From: a virus
DNA: 64,000 nucleotides
IMG/VR virus record: IMGVR_UViG_3300012209_000005
Span: 51,416 to 115,415 of that record
Strand: one strand, 5' to 3'
Numbering within the stretch: the stretch's first letter is position 1; every line of letters begins with the position of its first letter. Under the pieces are notes generated by a model, which saw only the letters and a program-made list of their open reading frames with translations, did not search any database and was not told the DNA's origin. Shown one piece after another: positions 36,011-46,106 of this stretch. A program made the position numbers and the translations under genes.

Positions 36011-36544
36011 TCAGGCTCCGATCAGGCCGGCGAGATCGGCGGGGGTGACATACCCCGGCCACCGGCCATCCGTGAACAAGCGGACCCCGGCCTGGGCGTA
36101 GCACCAGTCCACCAGCTGGGAGCAGATCAGGCGCCCGCTGGAGGCGATGTAATCTTTCAGCCCGGGGACGGGGACATGAAACCTGCGGGCGGCGAGGGCG
36201 AAATAATCGGCGGCTGAGTAGCCGATGCCCTTGCACGCGAGCGCGTTCCGGATGATGAGCTGATACTGGGCGTCCGTCATCGCCGCGATCCGGCCCGTGG
36301 ACCAGATCCAGTTCCTGTCCTCGCCCGTGACCTGGGCGTGCCGCAGCGGGCTCAGGCGGGCCCCCCGGGGCTGCGCGCCCATCACGTACCCGTAAGGGGC
36401 GTTCTTGTCAGGCTGCCCGACGTAGACGCAGGCGTGGTCGTACCAGGACGAGGCTGACCCGTTCATGTATTCCGCGACGGTGATCAGCGTGCCCGTATTG
36501 CCCCTGGTGTGGACGCAGGCGAAATCTCCTGCCTGCGGGCTCAA
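36011..36544 (-). CDS. permuted papain-like NlpC/P60 amidase
   Basis: GDF..., HACVYVG, ICSQLV, VTPADL (His before Cys). Confidence 0.8.
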   Translation of the reverse strand: MSPQAGDFACVHTRGNTGTLITVAEYMNGSASSWYDHACVYVGQPDKNAPYGYVMGAQPRGARLSPLRHAQVTGEDRNWIWSTGRIAAMTDAQYQLIIRNALACKGIGYSAADYFALAARRFHVPVPGLKDYIASSGRLICSQLVDWCYAQAGVRLFTDGRWPGYVTPADLAGLIGA

Positions 36545-37170
36545 GGGAGGCCCACCACGTTGTCCTGCCAGATGAGGACCATGTTGTCAGCGTACGAGCT
36601 GTACTCCATGCGGGCCCGGGGCCTGTTGCCGTCCCCGTCCTTGCAGGTCGTGTCTATGCAGAGGACCTCCCCGGTCAGCGCCCTGGAGCGCAGCGTGCGG
36701 CGCTTGCAGAACGGGCACCGGGGCTCAGTGCCCCCGGGGCTGCGGGGGAGCCTCCTCGGGATTTCCGTCATGCCCAGGGCAATCGACGCGTTGCGGGACC
36801 ACCGTTCCAGTTCCCTCGTATTCACCCGGACCGCGAAATCGTCCGCCTTCTCGCAGAGGCTGACCACGGCTTCCAGCGCGATCTTCGTATTAGCGTCCGA
36901 GCAGCCCCGGTACCTCGCGGGAAGGCCCAGCTCGAAGCGCAGGTCCCGCTCGATTTTCCTGCTCAGGGCGTGGAAGTCCAGGTAGGCGTTGGCGACGGGG
37001 GCATGCCAGGGCGGCTGGGAGAAGTCCACTTTCCCATGGAAAACCCCGGAAGGCTGGCGGGGCCTGACCGCGAGCAGTCCCCCCAGCTTATGGTTGAGGG
37101 TCAGCGCGCGGCCGGCGGAATCACGCAGGCGCGTCCGGATGGCAATATGAGCAGGAATTTCCCTGGGCAC
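36541..37170 (-). CDS. hypothetical protein with C-terminal zinc ribbon
   Basis: RCPFC...LCIDTTC. Confidence 0.6.
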   Translation of the reverse strand: MPREIPAHIAIRTRLRDSAGRALTLNHKLGGLLAVRPRQPSGVFHGKVDFSQPPWHAPVANAYLDFHALSRKIERDLRFELGLPARYRGCSDANTKIALEAVVSLCEKADDFAVRVNTRELERWSRNASIALGMTEIPRRLPRSPGGTEPRCPFCKRRTLRSRALTGEVLCIDTTCKDGDGNRPRARMEYSSYADNMVLIWQDNVVGLP

Positions 37171-37406
37171 ATATTTTACTATACCTAAAACTGCAGGCGT
37201 TATCCCGTTACGGGGTTACGCGGGCCCGATTCCGGGGTCGAGGTCGATCCCCCCTCGCCCGGAAGGGGGCTCCCGGAGCTTATCGAAGTAATCATAAGCA
37301 GCCTCGCTGACCAGCCGGGCTATTTCCTCTTCTTTCATGCCGAAATCGGAGTGCAGGAACTCGACGACCATCTGCACGACGATCGCGGCACGGTCTTGCG
37401 GGGTGC

Positions 37407-37691
37407 TCAGGGTATCATCCTCAGGTCTTTCGCCCGCGCGGCCTCCCTGGCGGCCCGGCGGTGCACGGGACGCTGCTGCTCGGCGGCCATGCCCAGCCTC
37501 CAGAACACGGACAGTACCACGACGGCCCCCGTCACCGGCCACATAAGCCCGGCCCAGAGCCAGCACGGGGGGTCATCCCACTGCCCGCACCTGTACTGAT
37601 TATGGCCGGGACTCGTATGGGCGAAATTCCGGGCGTAGCCCGCGATGGCCAGGTACCCCGGCAGGCATACCGCGAGCCATATCCAGGTCAC
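37407..37691 (-). CDS. membrane protein
   Basis: Two hydrophobic segments; GTGA coupling. Confidence 0.5.
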   Translation of the reverse strand: MTWIWLAVCLPGYLAIAGYARNFAHTSPGHNQYRCGQWDDPPCWLWAGLMWPVTGAVVVLSVFWRLGMAAEQQRPVHRRAAREAARAKDLRMIP

Positions 37692-38044
37692 CACTTCGCC
37701 ATCTCGGTCACGATGGCGATCGCCAGGTACACTTTCAGCTGCTGGGCGGGCTCCAGCTCGTTCAGCGGGCGCAAGTTCGGGTGCTCCTTCCTGATCGGGT
37801 CCTTCGCCTCGCCGAGCTTCCACTTGCGCTTAGTCATCCAGCGCACCCAGTGGGCCTGGATGTCGGAGGGGGAGGCCCCCCTGACGATGAGCCTGACCCG
37901 GGCGCGGATGAAATCCTGCTGCTCCCCCGGCAGGGTGATCCAGGGGCCGTCAGGGGCATTGTCACCCAGGCGGGCGTTCAGCCTGCAGTGCGCCCCGTGG
38001 ACGACCTCGGCCATGTCGTCGACGCTGAAATCCAGGTCAGTCAC
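37688..38044 (-). CDS. RyR-domain-like protein
   Basis: HWVRWM..KWKLG..KD...KEHPNLRP..EL pattern. Confidence 0.65.
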   Translation of the reverse strand: MTDLDFSVDDMAEVVHGAHCRLNARLGDNAPDGPWITLPGEQQDFIRARVRLIVRGASPSDIQAHWVRWMTKRKWKLGEAKDPIRKEHPNLRPLNELEPAQQLKVYLAIAIVTEMAKW

Positions 38045-38244
38045 AGGTATTCCTCCGATACGTCCAGCCACTCGGCATGCCGGAATGCTCGCGCGTGCCG
38101 GCATTTCCCCTCCCTGCGGTAATCCGGGCACAGGCACGTCCACTCGCTCGTCCGGTAGTCCCACCGTGCCGCGTAGCGGACCGGCCGGGGGTCCTGCTCA
38201 TACGGCTGGATATCGTCATCGTCGTCCCACCACATGACCCTCAT
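38041..38244 (-). CDS. SWIM zinc-finger protein
   Basis: WTCLCPDY....KCRH. Confidence 0.65.
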   Translation of the reverse strand: MRVMWWDDDDDIQPYEQDPRPVRYAARWDYRTSEWTCLCPDYRREGKCRHARAFRHAEWLDVSEEYL

Positions 38245-40162
38245 TCTCCCATGGCCATTTCGCGCTGTACCCGGACTCGATCCGCTGCATGACCGAGAAA
38301 GACGCGTCGGTCAGCCCCGCCAGGGCATACCGCCGGGCCCCCGTCGGGAAGGCGCCGTGGCTGTACCCGGACAGGTTCCAGGCGTACACGGGGACGCTCT
38401 CGGGCAGGCACGCGGTGATATCCCCGATCTGGGACGCCCACTGCGCGTTCCACCCGGGGCCCCCGGGGATCGTCTGCTCGTCGGAGAAGATCGCCACCCG
38501 GGTATGCACCGAGGAGTCGAAGCACTGGCGGAGGTTCTGCTCGATGGCCGTGCCGTACCCGCAGACCCCGATAGCCCCGGTGACCACCTCCATCAGGCGC
38601 AGCAGCGAGGCCCCCGGCTCGATGCCCTCGAAGTAGACGTGCCCGTCATAGCTTTTCTCGCGGCTCCCCCTCCCCCACGGGTCACTCGCCCTCCCGGGGG
38701 GGTCCGCGAACCCGAACACGTCCACGCGGCCGGCGTTGCGCACCGCGAGAGCCATCGCGAAAAGGGCAGCCGCCTGCAGGCGGGTCGGCCGCCTGGTGTC
38801 ATCAGGCTTCCCGCCGCCCCTCCTGTCCTTACGGGGAGGCTGAGACAGCGGATTCGCCATCGACCCGGACATGTCGATCATGATGAGCGTGCGCCCCCCG
38901 TCCAGGTGCGGCACGTTCCGGATAGACGCCTGCAGGGCCTGCTCCAGGGACGCCAGCCAGTGCACCGAGCGGGTGTTCATATGCGCGGCCAGGAACCGGA
39001 ACGGCAGCTGCCGGGACTCCGCTACCTCCCCCGGGTCCGCCAGCCGGTCCTGGATTTCGCGGATCATCGGCGGCTTGATGCCCGCTAGCTCGAAGTTCCG
39101 CAGGTTGCGCAACACCGCCATATACCCCATCCAGGGCAGGACCAGCTCCCAGCGCTCTCTCTCGGACAGCGCCCCGGGGAGGTTACCCGCCCCCTCCCCC
39201 AGCCAGGAGGTCACCCACTCCCACTGGCCGGCGGCAGCCCGCTTGATGCCGCGGCCGGCGAAGCTGTCGCGGTCGGCCAGGGCCTGGGCGGCGAAAGCGT
39301 GGCGGTCCTTAGGCGGCAGCCTGCCCAGGTGCCGGCGCTGGTCGATCGCCGGCAGCCCCGCCGGGTTCCCGTCGCCGTGATGGCGCTCGTCCAGGAGGTA
39401 CCGGAAGAGCTTCTCCCGGTGCTGCGCCTGGCGGTGCAGCCAGGCGAGAACGTAAAGCTCGCGCGCATAGCGCGGGTCATCCCGGAAAAGCTCGCGGAGC
39501 GAGTCCCGTTCCTCGGCCGAGGAGGAGTCGTCCGCCCACCTCCCGAAGTACTCATCGGTGACGGCGAAATCCTCGGGCAGGGTGACCAGGCGGGGACGCG
39601 GGTGGACAAGCTCGATGGCGTCCGCGAACCGCAGCGGGCGCCCCGGCTTATCCCAGCGGATCACCGACCGCTCGTTCCACATCCGCAGCATCGCCTTCTC
39701 CGCGCCCAGCTTCACCGCTTTCGGCAGCTTGCCGAAGGTGCGCAGGCAGTACTGGATGATCTCGGTGACCTCATCGCCGCGCTGCAGCACCTTATCCACC
39801 AGGTCCGCGACGACGGCGGTCGAGTTGGGGGTCCCGTTCAGCGACCAGGCGGTTTCCGCGGCGAGCATCACCGCCGAGGTGCGGATGAAAGCGTCGCTGC
39901 GCAGCCAGGGCAGGAAGCCCCGCAGCCAGCCGAAGTCATCCCTTGCCAGCTGGCGGGTCAGCTCGACAGCCCTGGCATCGGCGGTCCGGGCGTCCTCGTA
40001 GAAGCTGCCCTCGCCCGCGAAGACGGTGGTCGCGCGCATGAAAAGCTCGGTGCGAGGGTCGCAGGCGAAGCCGGCGCCGCCCTCGTGGGTCTTTCCGGAC
40101 GGGGTGGCCTCCGTCTGCAAGGGCGCGGTGAGCAGGCGGGACCCCGTGTTGAGCTTCGTCAT
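38216..40162 (-). CDS. TROVE (Ro60/Rsr-like) RNA-binding protein with vWA domain
   Basis: THEGGAG, FYE, MGYMAVLRNLRNF, SRQLPFRFL; MIDAS DMSGSM and FSDEQ. Confidence 0.9.
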   Translation of the reverse strand: MTKLNTGSRLLTAPLQTEATPSGKTHEGGAGFACDPRTELFMRATTVFAGEGSFYEDARTADARAVELTRQLARDDFGWLRGFLPWLRSDAFIRTSAVMLAAETAWSLNGTPNSTAVVADLVDKVLQRGDEVTEIIQYCLRTFGKLPKAVKLGAEKAMLRMWNERSVIRWDKPGRPLRFADAIELVHPRPRLVTLPEDFAVTDEYFGRWADDSSSAEERDSLRELFRDDPRYARELYVLAWLHRQAQHREKLFRYLLDERHHGDGNPAGLPAIDQRRHLGRLPPKDRHAFAAQALADRDSFAGRGIKRAAAGQWEWVTSWLGEGAGNLPGALSERERWELVLPWMGYMAVLRNLRNFELAGIKPPMIREIQDRLADPGEVAESRQLPFRFLAAHMNTRSVHWLASLEQALQASIRNVPHLDGGRTLIMIDMSGSMANPLSQPPRKDRRGGGKPDDTRRPTRLQAAALFAMALAVRNAGRVDVFGFADPPGRASDPWGRGSREKSYDGHVYFEGIEPGASLLRLMEVVTGAIGVCGYGTAIEQNLRQCFDSSVHTRVAIFSDEQTIPGGPGWNAQWASQIGDITACLPESVPVYAWNLSGYSHGAFPTGARRYALAGLTDASFSVMQRIESGYSAKWPWENEGHVVGRR

Positions 40163-40188
40163 ATCAGGCCTTTCGGAGCAGGGACGTA

Positions 40189-40518
40189 TCAGGCGTCTGC
40201 GGCCACGGGCTCGTCCTTGCGGTGAGCCAGGGTCCACTCCCGCACGGACTTCTCGCGGGCGGCGGCATCCCCCGGATGCCAGGGACTCGCATGCCAGGCG
40301 GCAGCCAGGATGACGCGCCTGGCCGCGCGTGCCAGCTCGGATAGCTGCCAGGGGGTCAGGCCCCCGGCAGCCACATTAGCGGCGTGACGCCTCTCCTGGG
40401 CCGCGTGCAGGGCCCCGTGGCGGACCTCGGCCCGCCGGCGGCAGGCGGCGCGGGCATTCTTCTTGCGCTCGCTCTGGGGCCGCTTGCTCTTCCCGCTCTT
40501 CTGCGCCTTCCCTGCCAC
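40189..40518 (-). CDS. basic hypothetical protein
   Basis: RBS GAGGAGG; Arg/Lys-rich; GLTPWQ motif. Confidence 0.55.
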   Translation of the reverse strand: MAGKAQKSGKSKRPQSERKKNARAACRRRAEVRHGALHAAQERRHAANVAAGGLTPWQLSELARAARRVILAAAWHASPWHPGDAAAREKSVREWTLAHRKDEPVAADA

Positions 40519-40684
40519 TTTCGTTCCCTCCTCGAAGACGCACCCGTAACCAGTCTGGCCAGGCGCGGCTCTTTCAGCATACCAGGCCCCGGAGGGGCGC
40601 TGGCCAGCAACAAGCGGGGCGGCCCGCACGGGCGCAGGGATTCCGCGGGCCGCCCCTGTTCCGTTGCCAAGGGGAACAGGGCGC

Positions 40685-40727
40685 ACAGTACACCCGATTC
40701 GACACGAGGGCAAGCCCGCTGTAGAGT
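40685..40727. promoter_or_regulatory. overlapping divergent sigma-70-type promoters
   Basis: Plus: TCGACA(40699)-17-TAGAGT(40722); minus: TTGCCC(40713)-17-TACTGT(40690). Confidence 0.6.
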
Positions 40728-40809
40728 GCGAGGGTCACCAGGACTGTGAAGGTCCCAGGGGAGCGAAGCTCTGCTTCCCAGGGGACTCAACGAAAGGAAG
40801 AAATCCTCC

Positions 40810-41778
40810 ATGGGAGAACGCATGGGCGTAGACGAGTTGGGGGAACCCACCTACGCGAATGAGACGATCACCCCCGAGATGGCGCAGCGCTACCTCGACA
40901 TGTACCTGCGCAACCGCAGCGTGCGCAAGGGCAAGGTCACGGAATACTCCGAGGCCATGGAAGCGGGGGCGGGCAGCGCGGACAACCCGGGCGGCTGGTT
41001 CCTGAACGGGGAGGGCATCGCCTTCGACTGGGACGGGAACCCGGTGAACGGCGCGCACCGCTTCCGCGCGTGCATCAAGTCGGGGGCGGAATTCCGCACG
41101 CTCGTCGCGCGGGGCATCGACCCGGCGGGCTTCATGGTCACCGACTCCACCGCCAGCCGGCAGTTCCGCGACGACCTGGCCATCCGGGGGATCACCTGGG
41201 CCGGGCAGTCCGGGGGGCTGCTGCGCAAGATCGCCTGGTGGAACCAGGTGGCGGAAAAGGACGCGGTTACCCGCAACACGGACTCCGGGCGCGGGGGGCT
41301 GGCGGGGCTGGGCAGCTTCCACGTCGGGAGGCAGGACCTGCACCAGATGTGGGATGCCCCCGATCCGGTCACCGGGGTCACCTACGGCAAGGAGGTCACC
41401 GAGACCGTCCAGGAATGCGCGAAGTGGAACAACGACTTCCCCGGGGACCGGGGGGCGCTGCTCTTCGCGCACTGGCTGCTCACCCGGGAGGGCAACAACC
41501 CGGAGACGATCCGGCGGTTTTTCGCCATCCTCACCTACGGCTCCGAGGATGAGCACGCCAACCACGTGCTCCTGAAGGTGCGCAGGATGCTCGACGGCAG
41601 CGACGTGTCCCGCGAGCGCGAGCTGAAGATGAAAGGCAAGCGCCAGGAGACGCACGCCTACTGGCTGCTCGCCAACTGGAACCGCTGGGTGGCGATGGCC
41701 CGCCTGCCCAGCTTCAACCTGCCCGGGGACGACGGGACGGTCGACAACCCGTTCCCGGTCCCGCGCCGCGTCAGGTAA
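40810..41778 (+). CDS. ParB N-terminal-like domain protein
   Basis: ITPEMA..YL...NR.V....V..Y..AM..G.W...GE.I.FD..G...NGAHR pattern. Confidence 0.7.
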   Translation: MGERMGVDELGEPTYANETITPEMAQRYLDMYLRNRSVRKGKVTEYSEAMEAGAGSADNPGGWFLNGEGIAFDWDGNPVNGAHRFRACIKSGAEFRTLVARGIDPAGFMVTDSTASRQFRDDLAIRGITWAGQSGGLLRKIAWWNQVAEKDAVTRNTDSGRGGLAGLGSFHVGRQDLHQMWDAPDPVTGVTYGKEVTETVQECAKWNNDFPGDRGALLFAHWLLTREGNNPETIRRFFAILTYGSEDEHANHVLLKVRRMLDGSDVSRERELKMKGKRQETHAYWLLANWNRWVAMARLPSFNLPGDDGTVDNPFPVPRRVR

Positions 41779-41869
41779 GCTGCCTGGCGACGGACCGCGA
41801 GGGCTGCTGTAGCGTAAGGGACGTGTCCTCCTGCGGGGGCACGTCCCCTGCCTGCCTGGAAGGTGCCTG

Positions 41870-42094
41870 ATGGAGAACCCCGCCACCTGGGGCAAGGCCG
41901 AGCATATCGTCAACAAGGTGATCGAGGATCATTTCGACCATCACCACAAGGTCACCGCGGGCGAGGAAGAGCCCATCGCGGGGCTGTCGCTGGTCAGGAA
42001 GATCACGGACGCATTGCGCGAGGCGGGCCTGCTGTCCCGGTCCCGCGAGGACCCGTACGAAAGCTGCCCCTGGTGCCACCCGGAGTCATCATGA
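41870..42094 (+). CDS. hypothetical protein
   Basis: RBS and ATGA coupling to next gene. Confidence 0.55.
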   Translation: MENPATWGKAEHIVNKVIEDHFDHHHKVTAGEEEPIAGLSLVRKITDALREAGLLSRSREDPYESCPWCHPESS

Positions 42095-42456
42095 TCCTGG
42101 CTATCGTGGGCACCCGGAGTTTCGGGAACCCGAAAGGGCTCGCCTACGCGAGAATACTGATTTCCAGCGAGGTCTGGAGCACCCGGTGGGCCGGGTTCGT
42201 CACCGGGGACGCCCCCGGGGTGGACACCCTGGTCAGGGAAATCTGCGAGGAAGCGGACTGCCCGTGCGAGGTGCTCAGGCCCGAGCACCGCCGCTGGGAG
42301 CCCGACGGGTATAAAGCACGCAATGCCGCGATCGCGGCGACCGCGGACGAGATGCTGTGCATCCGGGACCCCGGGTCAGCCACCTACGGGTCCGGGTGGA
42401 CAGCCGACCACATGGAGACGCTGGGGAAACCCGTGACGAGGGTGCTGATCTCTTGA
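42091..42456 (+). CDS. SLOG-superfamily nucleotide-binding protein
   Basis: IVGTRSF, VTGDAPGVD, RNAAI motifs. Confidence 0.75.
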   Translation: MILAIVGTRSFGNPKGLAYARILISSEVWSTRWAGFVTGDAPGVDTLVREICEEADCPCEVLRPEHRRWEPDGYKARNAAIAATADEMLCIRDPGSATYGSGWTADHMETLGKPVTRVLIS

Positions 42457-42585
42457 ACAACTACGGTTCATGTCGGTGCCCCGGCTGCCGGTACGAGCCC
42501 ACCCCGGTACCACTGACAGGCGGCCTGTGCGGGATGTGCGCCGAAGACGGCTGCACCCCTATGCGAGAAGAGGCTGACATTGAAC

Positions 42586-43347
42586 ATGGATGAGCTGTCC
42601 CCGGCGAAGGTGATGATCGCCGGCGACTGGCACGCCAACGCCCGCTGGGCGGCGCACGCCATCCGCGAGGGCTGTGACCAGGTGAAAACCGTGCTGCAGC
42701 TGGGGGACTTCGGGCTGTGGCGCACCGAGGCCGCTTTCCTGAAGAAGGTCAGCGGGGCGCTGGAGGAGAAGGACGCGGTGCTCTACTTCATCGACGGTAA
42801 CCACGAGGACCACGCCTACCTGGGGGAACTGGTGAAAGGGCTCCGGGGGCTCCAGGTACCGCTGGAGGTTGCCCCCAGGATCTGGTACCTGCCCCGGGGG
42901 TCGCGGTGGACGTGGCACGGGCGGCAGTGGCTGGCGCTCGGCGGGGCCGCGTCGGTGGACCGGGCCTTCCGCATCGAAGGGCACTCCTGGTTCCGCGAGG
43001 AGGAGATCAGCCTCATCCAGGCGGGGCTGGTGGCACTGCGCGGTCCCGCCGAGGTGATGATCACCCACGAGTGCCCCCGGAAGGTAACGGCGCACCTGCC
43101 GCTGGGGACGCCCTGCCCCGGGTGGGACCTGGAGGTGTCCCAGTTGCACCAGGAACTCCTCGACCGGGTTATCATGCACGTCGAGCCCTCGTACCTGTTC
43201 CACGGGCACATGCACACCGCCCACGCCGGCACGTTCACCTACCCGCACGGGAAAGTGCAGGTCCGGGGTCTGGACTGCGACGGGCGGAAGGGCAACTGGG
43301 CGATCCTGGATACGAAGCTGATGGCGTGGCAGGAGGAGCCGTCGTGA
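42586..43347 (+). CDS. calcineurin-like metallophosphoesterase
   Basis: GDWH, GDFG, GNHED, THE, HGHMH. Confidence 0.9.
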   Translation: MDELSPAKVMIAGDWHANARWAAHAIREGCDQVKTVLQLGDFGLWRTEAAFLKKVSGALEEKDAVLYFIDGNHEDHAYLGELVKGLRGLQVPLEVAPRIWYLPRGSRWTWHGRQWLALGGAASVDRAFRIEGHSWFREEEISLIQAGLVALRGPAEVMITHECPRKVTAHLPLGTPCPGWDLEVSQLHQELLDRVIMHVEPSYLFHGHMHTAHAGTFTYPHGKVQVRGLDCDGRKGNWAILDTKLMAWQEEPS

Positions 43348-44057
43348 GGATAGCCATCATCGGGATGGGCACGCTCGGGCAGGCGCAGAAGCGCTGGCTG
43401 GGCGAGGACATCTACGTCACCTATGACCCGGAATACGACGGCGAGTACCCGGGGGGCGCTATCGCCGAATGCGACTTCGCCATCGTGTGCGTGCCCCCTG
43501 ATCAGGCAGAGGCGGCGGCGGAGGCTATTCCGGTGCCGGTGCCGGTGCTCCTGCGGTCCACCGTGCCCCCGGGGACGACGGAGAAACTCGGGACCCGGGC
43601 AGTGTACTGCCCGGAGTTCATCACCGACCCCGCCACGGGCAACTGGCGCGACCCGGACGACGTGCCCTTCCTGATCCTCGGCGGGGAAGGGTCGGTGATC
43701 GCGAAATTCCGCGGGTGGCTGGCCCCGGTGTTCCCCGGGATGATCATCCGGTGCAGCTCGCGGGTCGCGGAGCTGGCCAAGTACACCGATAGCGCCTTCC
43801 TGGCGGCGAAGGTGACGCTCGCCAACGAGATGGCGCGGATCGCCGCCTGCTACGGGGTGGACTGGCGGGACGTGGAACAGGCGTGGCTGGCAGACCCCCG
43901 GACAGGGTACACGCATACCTCGGTCACCGAGGCCGGGGGCTTCGGGGACGGATTCGCCAGGGACCTGGCGGATATCGTGCACGCGGCCTTCCTGGGTGAC
44001 TACGACGCGCAGTTCCTGATGGCGATCGAGGAGGCTAACGCGAGGTTCCGGCAGTGA
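43344..44057 (+). CDS. UDP-glucose/GDP-mannose dehydrogenase-like protein, truncated and degenerate
   Basis: IIGMGTLG, LRSTVPPGTT, CPEF, AELAKY..AFLA.KV..ANE. Confidence 0.75.
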   Translation: MRIAIIGMGTLGQAQKRWLGEDIYVTYDPEYDGEYPGGAIAECDFAIVCVPPDQAEAAAEAIPVPVPVLLRSTVPPGTTEKLGTRAVYCPEFITDPATGNWRDPDDVPFLILGGEGSVIAKFRGWLAPVFPGMIIRCSSRVAELAKYTDSAFLAAKVTLANEMARIAACYGVDWRDVEQAWLADPRTGYTHTSVTEAGGFGDGFARDLADIVHAAFLGDYDAQFLMAIEEANARFRQ

Positions 44058-44446
44058 CCAGCGACGAGGATGAGGCGAAATCCCTGATCAGGGAGGCGCT
44101 CGTCCTGTGAGGACGATCTGCCACCCGGGGACCGCGCACCCGGGGCGGGTTTACTCCGACTGGATCGACCCTGCCACCGGGCACGCGGTCACGGCGGCAT
44201 ACCAGATCGCCCGGGGGTTCGCGCGGGGGGTTTACACGGTGACGGAGGGGCGCCAGCGCGTCACCTTCGGGGTGCTCACCCCGACCCCGGGGTGCAGAGC
44301 ACTTCCCTCCTCCGGGGGCTCTGGCTCCTTCGGGAAAATCCTCACCCTGATCATCATCCTGGCCGTACTCTGGGGAGGGTACAGCCTGTACCGGCATTAC
44401 CGGCCGAAGCGCTTCCCGGGGCGGAGCACGAGCAGAGGATAGGAAC

Positions 44447-44731
44447 ATGAAAGTAATCGTGGAGCAGCGGCACATCGACGCGGGCAGCCCGTGCACGGAG
44501 GCGTGTCCGGTGGCGCTGGCGATCCTGGCGGCGGTCAGCATCGTCCCCTCCGGACAGGACGGGGGGTGGCTGATGCGCCCGCTGCCCCGGGTTTACGTGT
44601 GCTCCAGCAACGCGATCATCGTCTGGCCCGACGGCACCGAGAAGAACATCGCCCTGCCGGCGGCGGTTTCCGCGATCATCGACGCCTACGACGACGGCGG
44701 GACCATGTACCCGTTCGGGTTCGAGCTGTAA
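44447..44731 (+). CDS. hypothetical protein
   Basis: HIDAG...CPVALAI...PFGFEL. Confidence 0.55.
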   Translation: MKVIVEQRHIDAGSPCTEACPVALAILAAVSIVPSGQDGGWLMRPLPRVYVCSSNAIIVWPDGTEKNIALPAAVSAIIDAYDDGGTMYPFGFEL

Positions 44732-45404
44732 TGCTCGCGGCTTACCGGTGCTCGGCGTGCGAGGTCACCGCGAGGGCCCCGGTGAAACGCAAGGGGGGGA
44801 TCCCGCGGTGCTGGTCATGCGGGAGTCCGCGCCATGTCACGGTGACCGAGTACGTGGCGGAGCTGGCTGACAGGGTGCTCAGGCCCGGGTGGTGGTGAGC
44901 GGGACATGGGGAAATGGCTTACCAGTATCGTGCTGGGCACCGCCGAGTCCGTGGCCGCGCTGGCGTGGCTATCCGGGGGAAGCGCAGCTTCGCTGCCCGG
45001 GGGGTTCCCCCCACCGCGTGACTGGCGGGATATGATCGGGTACCCGCTGGGCAGCCCGTGGCTGACGCTCGGGCTGATGTGGGTGCTTTACACGGGGACC
45101 CTCATCGCTGTTTTCTCCGTGTCATGGGCCTGCCGGAAGATGTTCCGACGGCATTAGATCGTAGGGGACGGGCCGGGATGCGGGTGGCCGTGCACCAGGT
45201 TGCGGATGGCATCGACCAGCAACAGGGCGTCGTGGACGGCGAGGCCGGGATTCCTGACCGCCCACAGGACGAAGATGACGAAGGCGGCGAGGAGAACAAG
45301 CTTGACCGCGAATACGAGCACACATGGTCGCCTCCTCTCCCTCGTAGCGGACTAGCGCATATACAGTCTTCCCGGGAGCGGGGAGGGGTTAAACAATGCC
45401 CAGC

Positions 45405-45683
45405 TCACGCCGGCGTGCCGGCCTCCCGGAGCGCGGTCCCCGGAGCTTCGCTCCCCCGCGGCGCGGCCTGCGAGCACCACCACAGGTGATGGTCGGTCTC
45501 GCAGAGCACCGCCCCGCAGTGCGGGCAGTGGCCCTCTCCGGGGCCGAGGACCACCCACTGCCGCAGCGCTGCCGTCAGCGCCTGGCAGGTGTCCAGGCCC
45601 ATCCGGGCGGCCTGCGCGGTGAACGAGTCCCACGCGGAGTCGGTGACGCTCACCTGCCTCTCACGGGTCAGGTCAAGCATCAT
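45405..45683 (-). CDS. ribbon-helix-helix-like DNA-binding protein with zinc ribbon
   Basis: RQVSVTDSAW..F...A..MG.....ALTAALRQW; CPHCG. Confidence 0.55.
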   Translation of the reverse strand: MMLDLTRERQVSVTDSAWDSFTAQAARMGLDTCQALTAALRQWVVLGPGEGHCPHCGAVLCETDHHLWWCSQAAPRGSEAPGTALREAGTPA

Positions 45684-45806
45684 TGTCCTCCACCAGGGTC
45701 CGGAGCAGAAGTGTTCAGCCAGTGTGACTATACCCGCCTTGCCCCCCGGCGCGCGCCCGTAGTAAAGTCGGACCCCGGAAGGCGTCACGGAAAGAGGAAC
45801 GAGAAG

Positions 45807-46106
45807 ATGATCACGACCCTGGATGAGCTGCGCCAGTACTTCGAGCACCTGGACACGCTGCCCCCGAGCGAAGGCCGGCAGGACGCGGAAGCGGCGCTGA
45901 GGCCCGTCCTGGAAGCCTTCGGCGGGTGGGAGGACGGGCACCTGGGCGCGTTGCTCCTGCACCTGGGGATGACCCTGGCGACGCAGCGCGGGCAGCAGGG
46001 CACGGTCGCGCTGCAGGAGACGCTCGCCGAGATGCTGCGCATCCTGCACCGGCGGGCAGTGATCTGGGGCAGCGAAGCTGCGCCCTCCTGGGGGAGCGTC
46101 AATTGA
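45807..46106 (+). CDS. hypothetical protein
   Basis: Promoter TTGCCC-18-TAAAGT (45739-45768) and RBS upstream. Confidence 0.55.
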   Translation: MITTLDELRQYFEHLDTLPPSEGRQDAEAALRPVLEAFGGWEDGHLGALLLHLGMTLATQRGQQGTVALQETLAEMLRILHRRAVIWGSEAAPSWGSVN

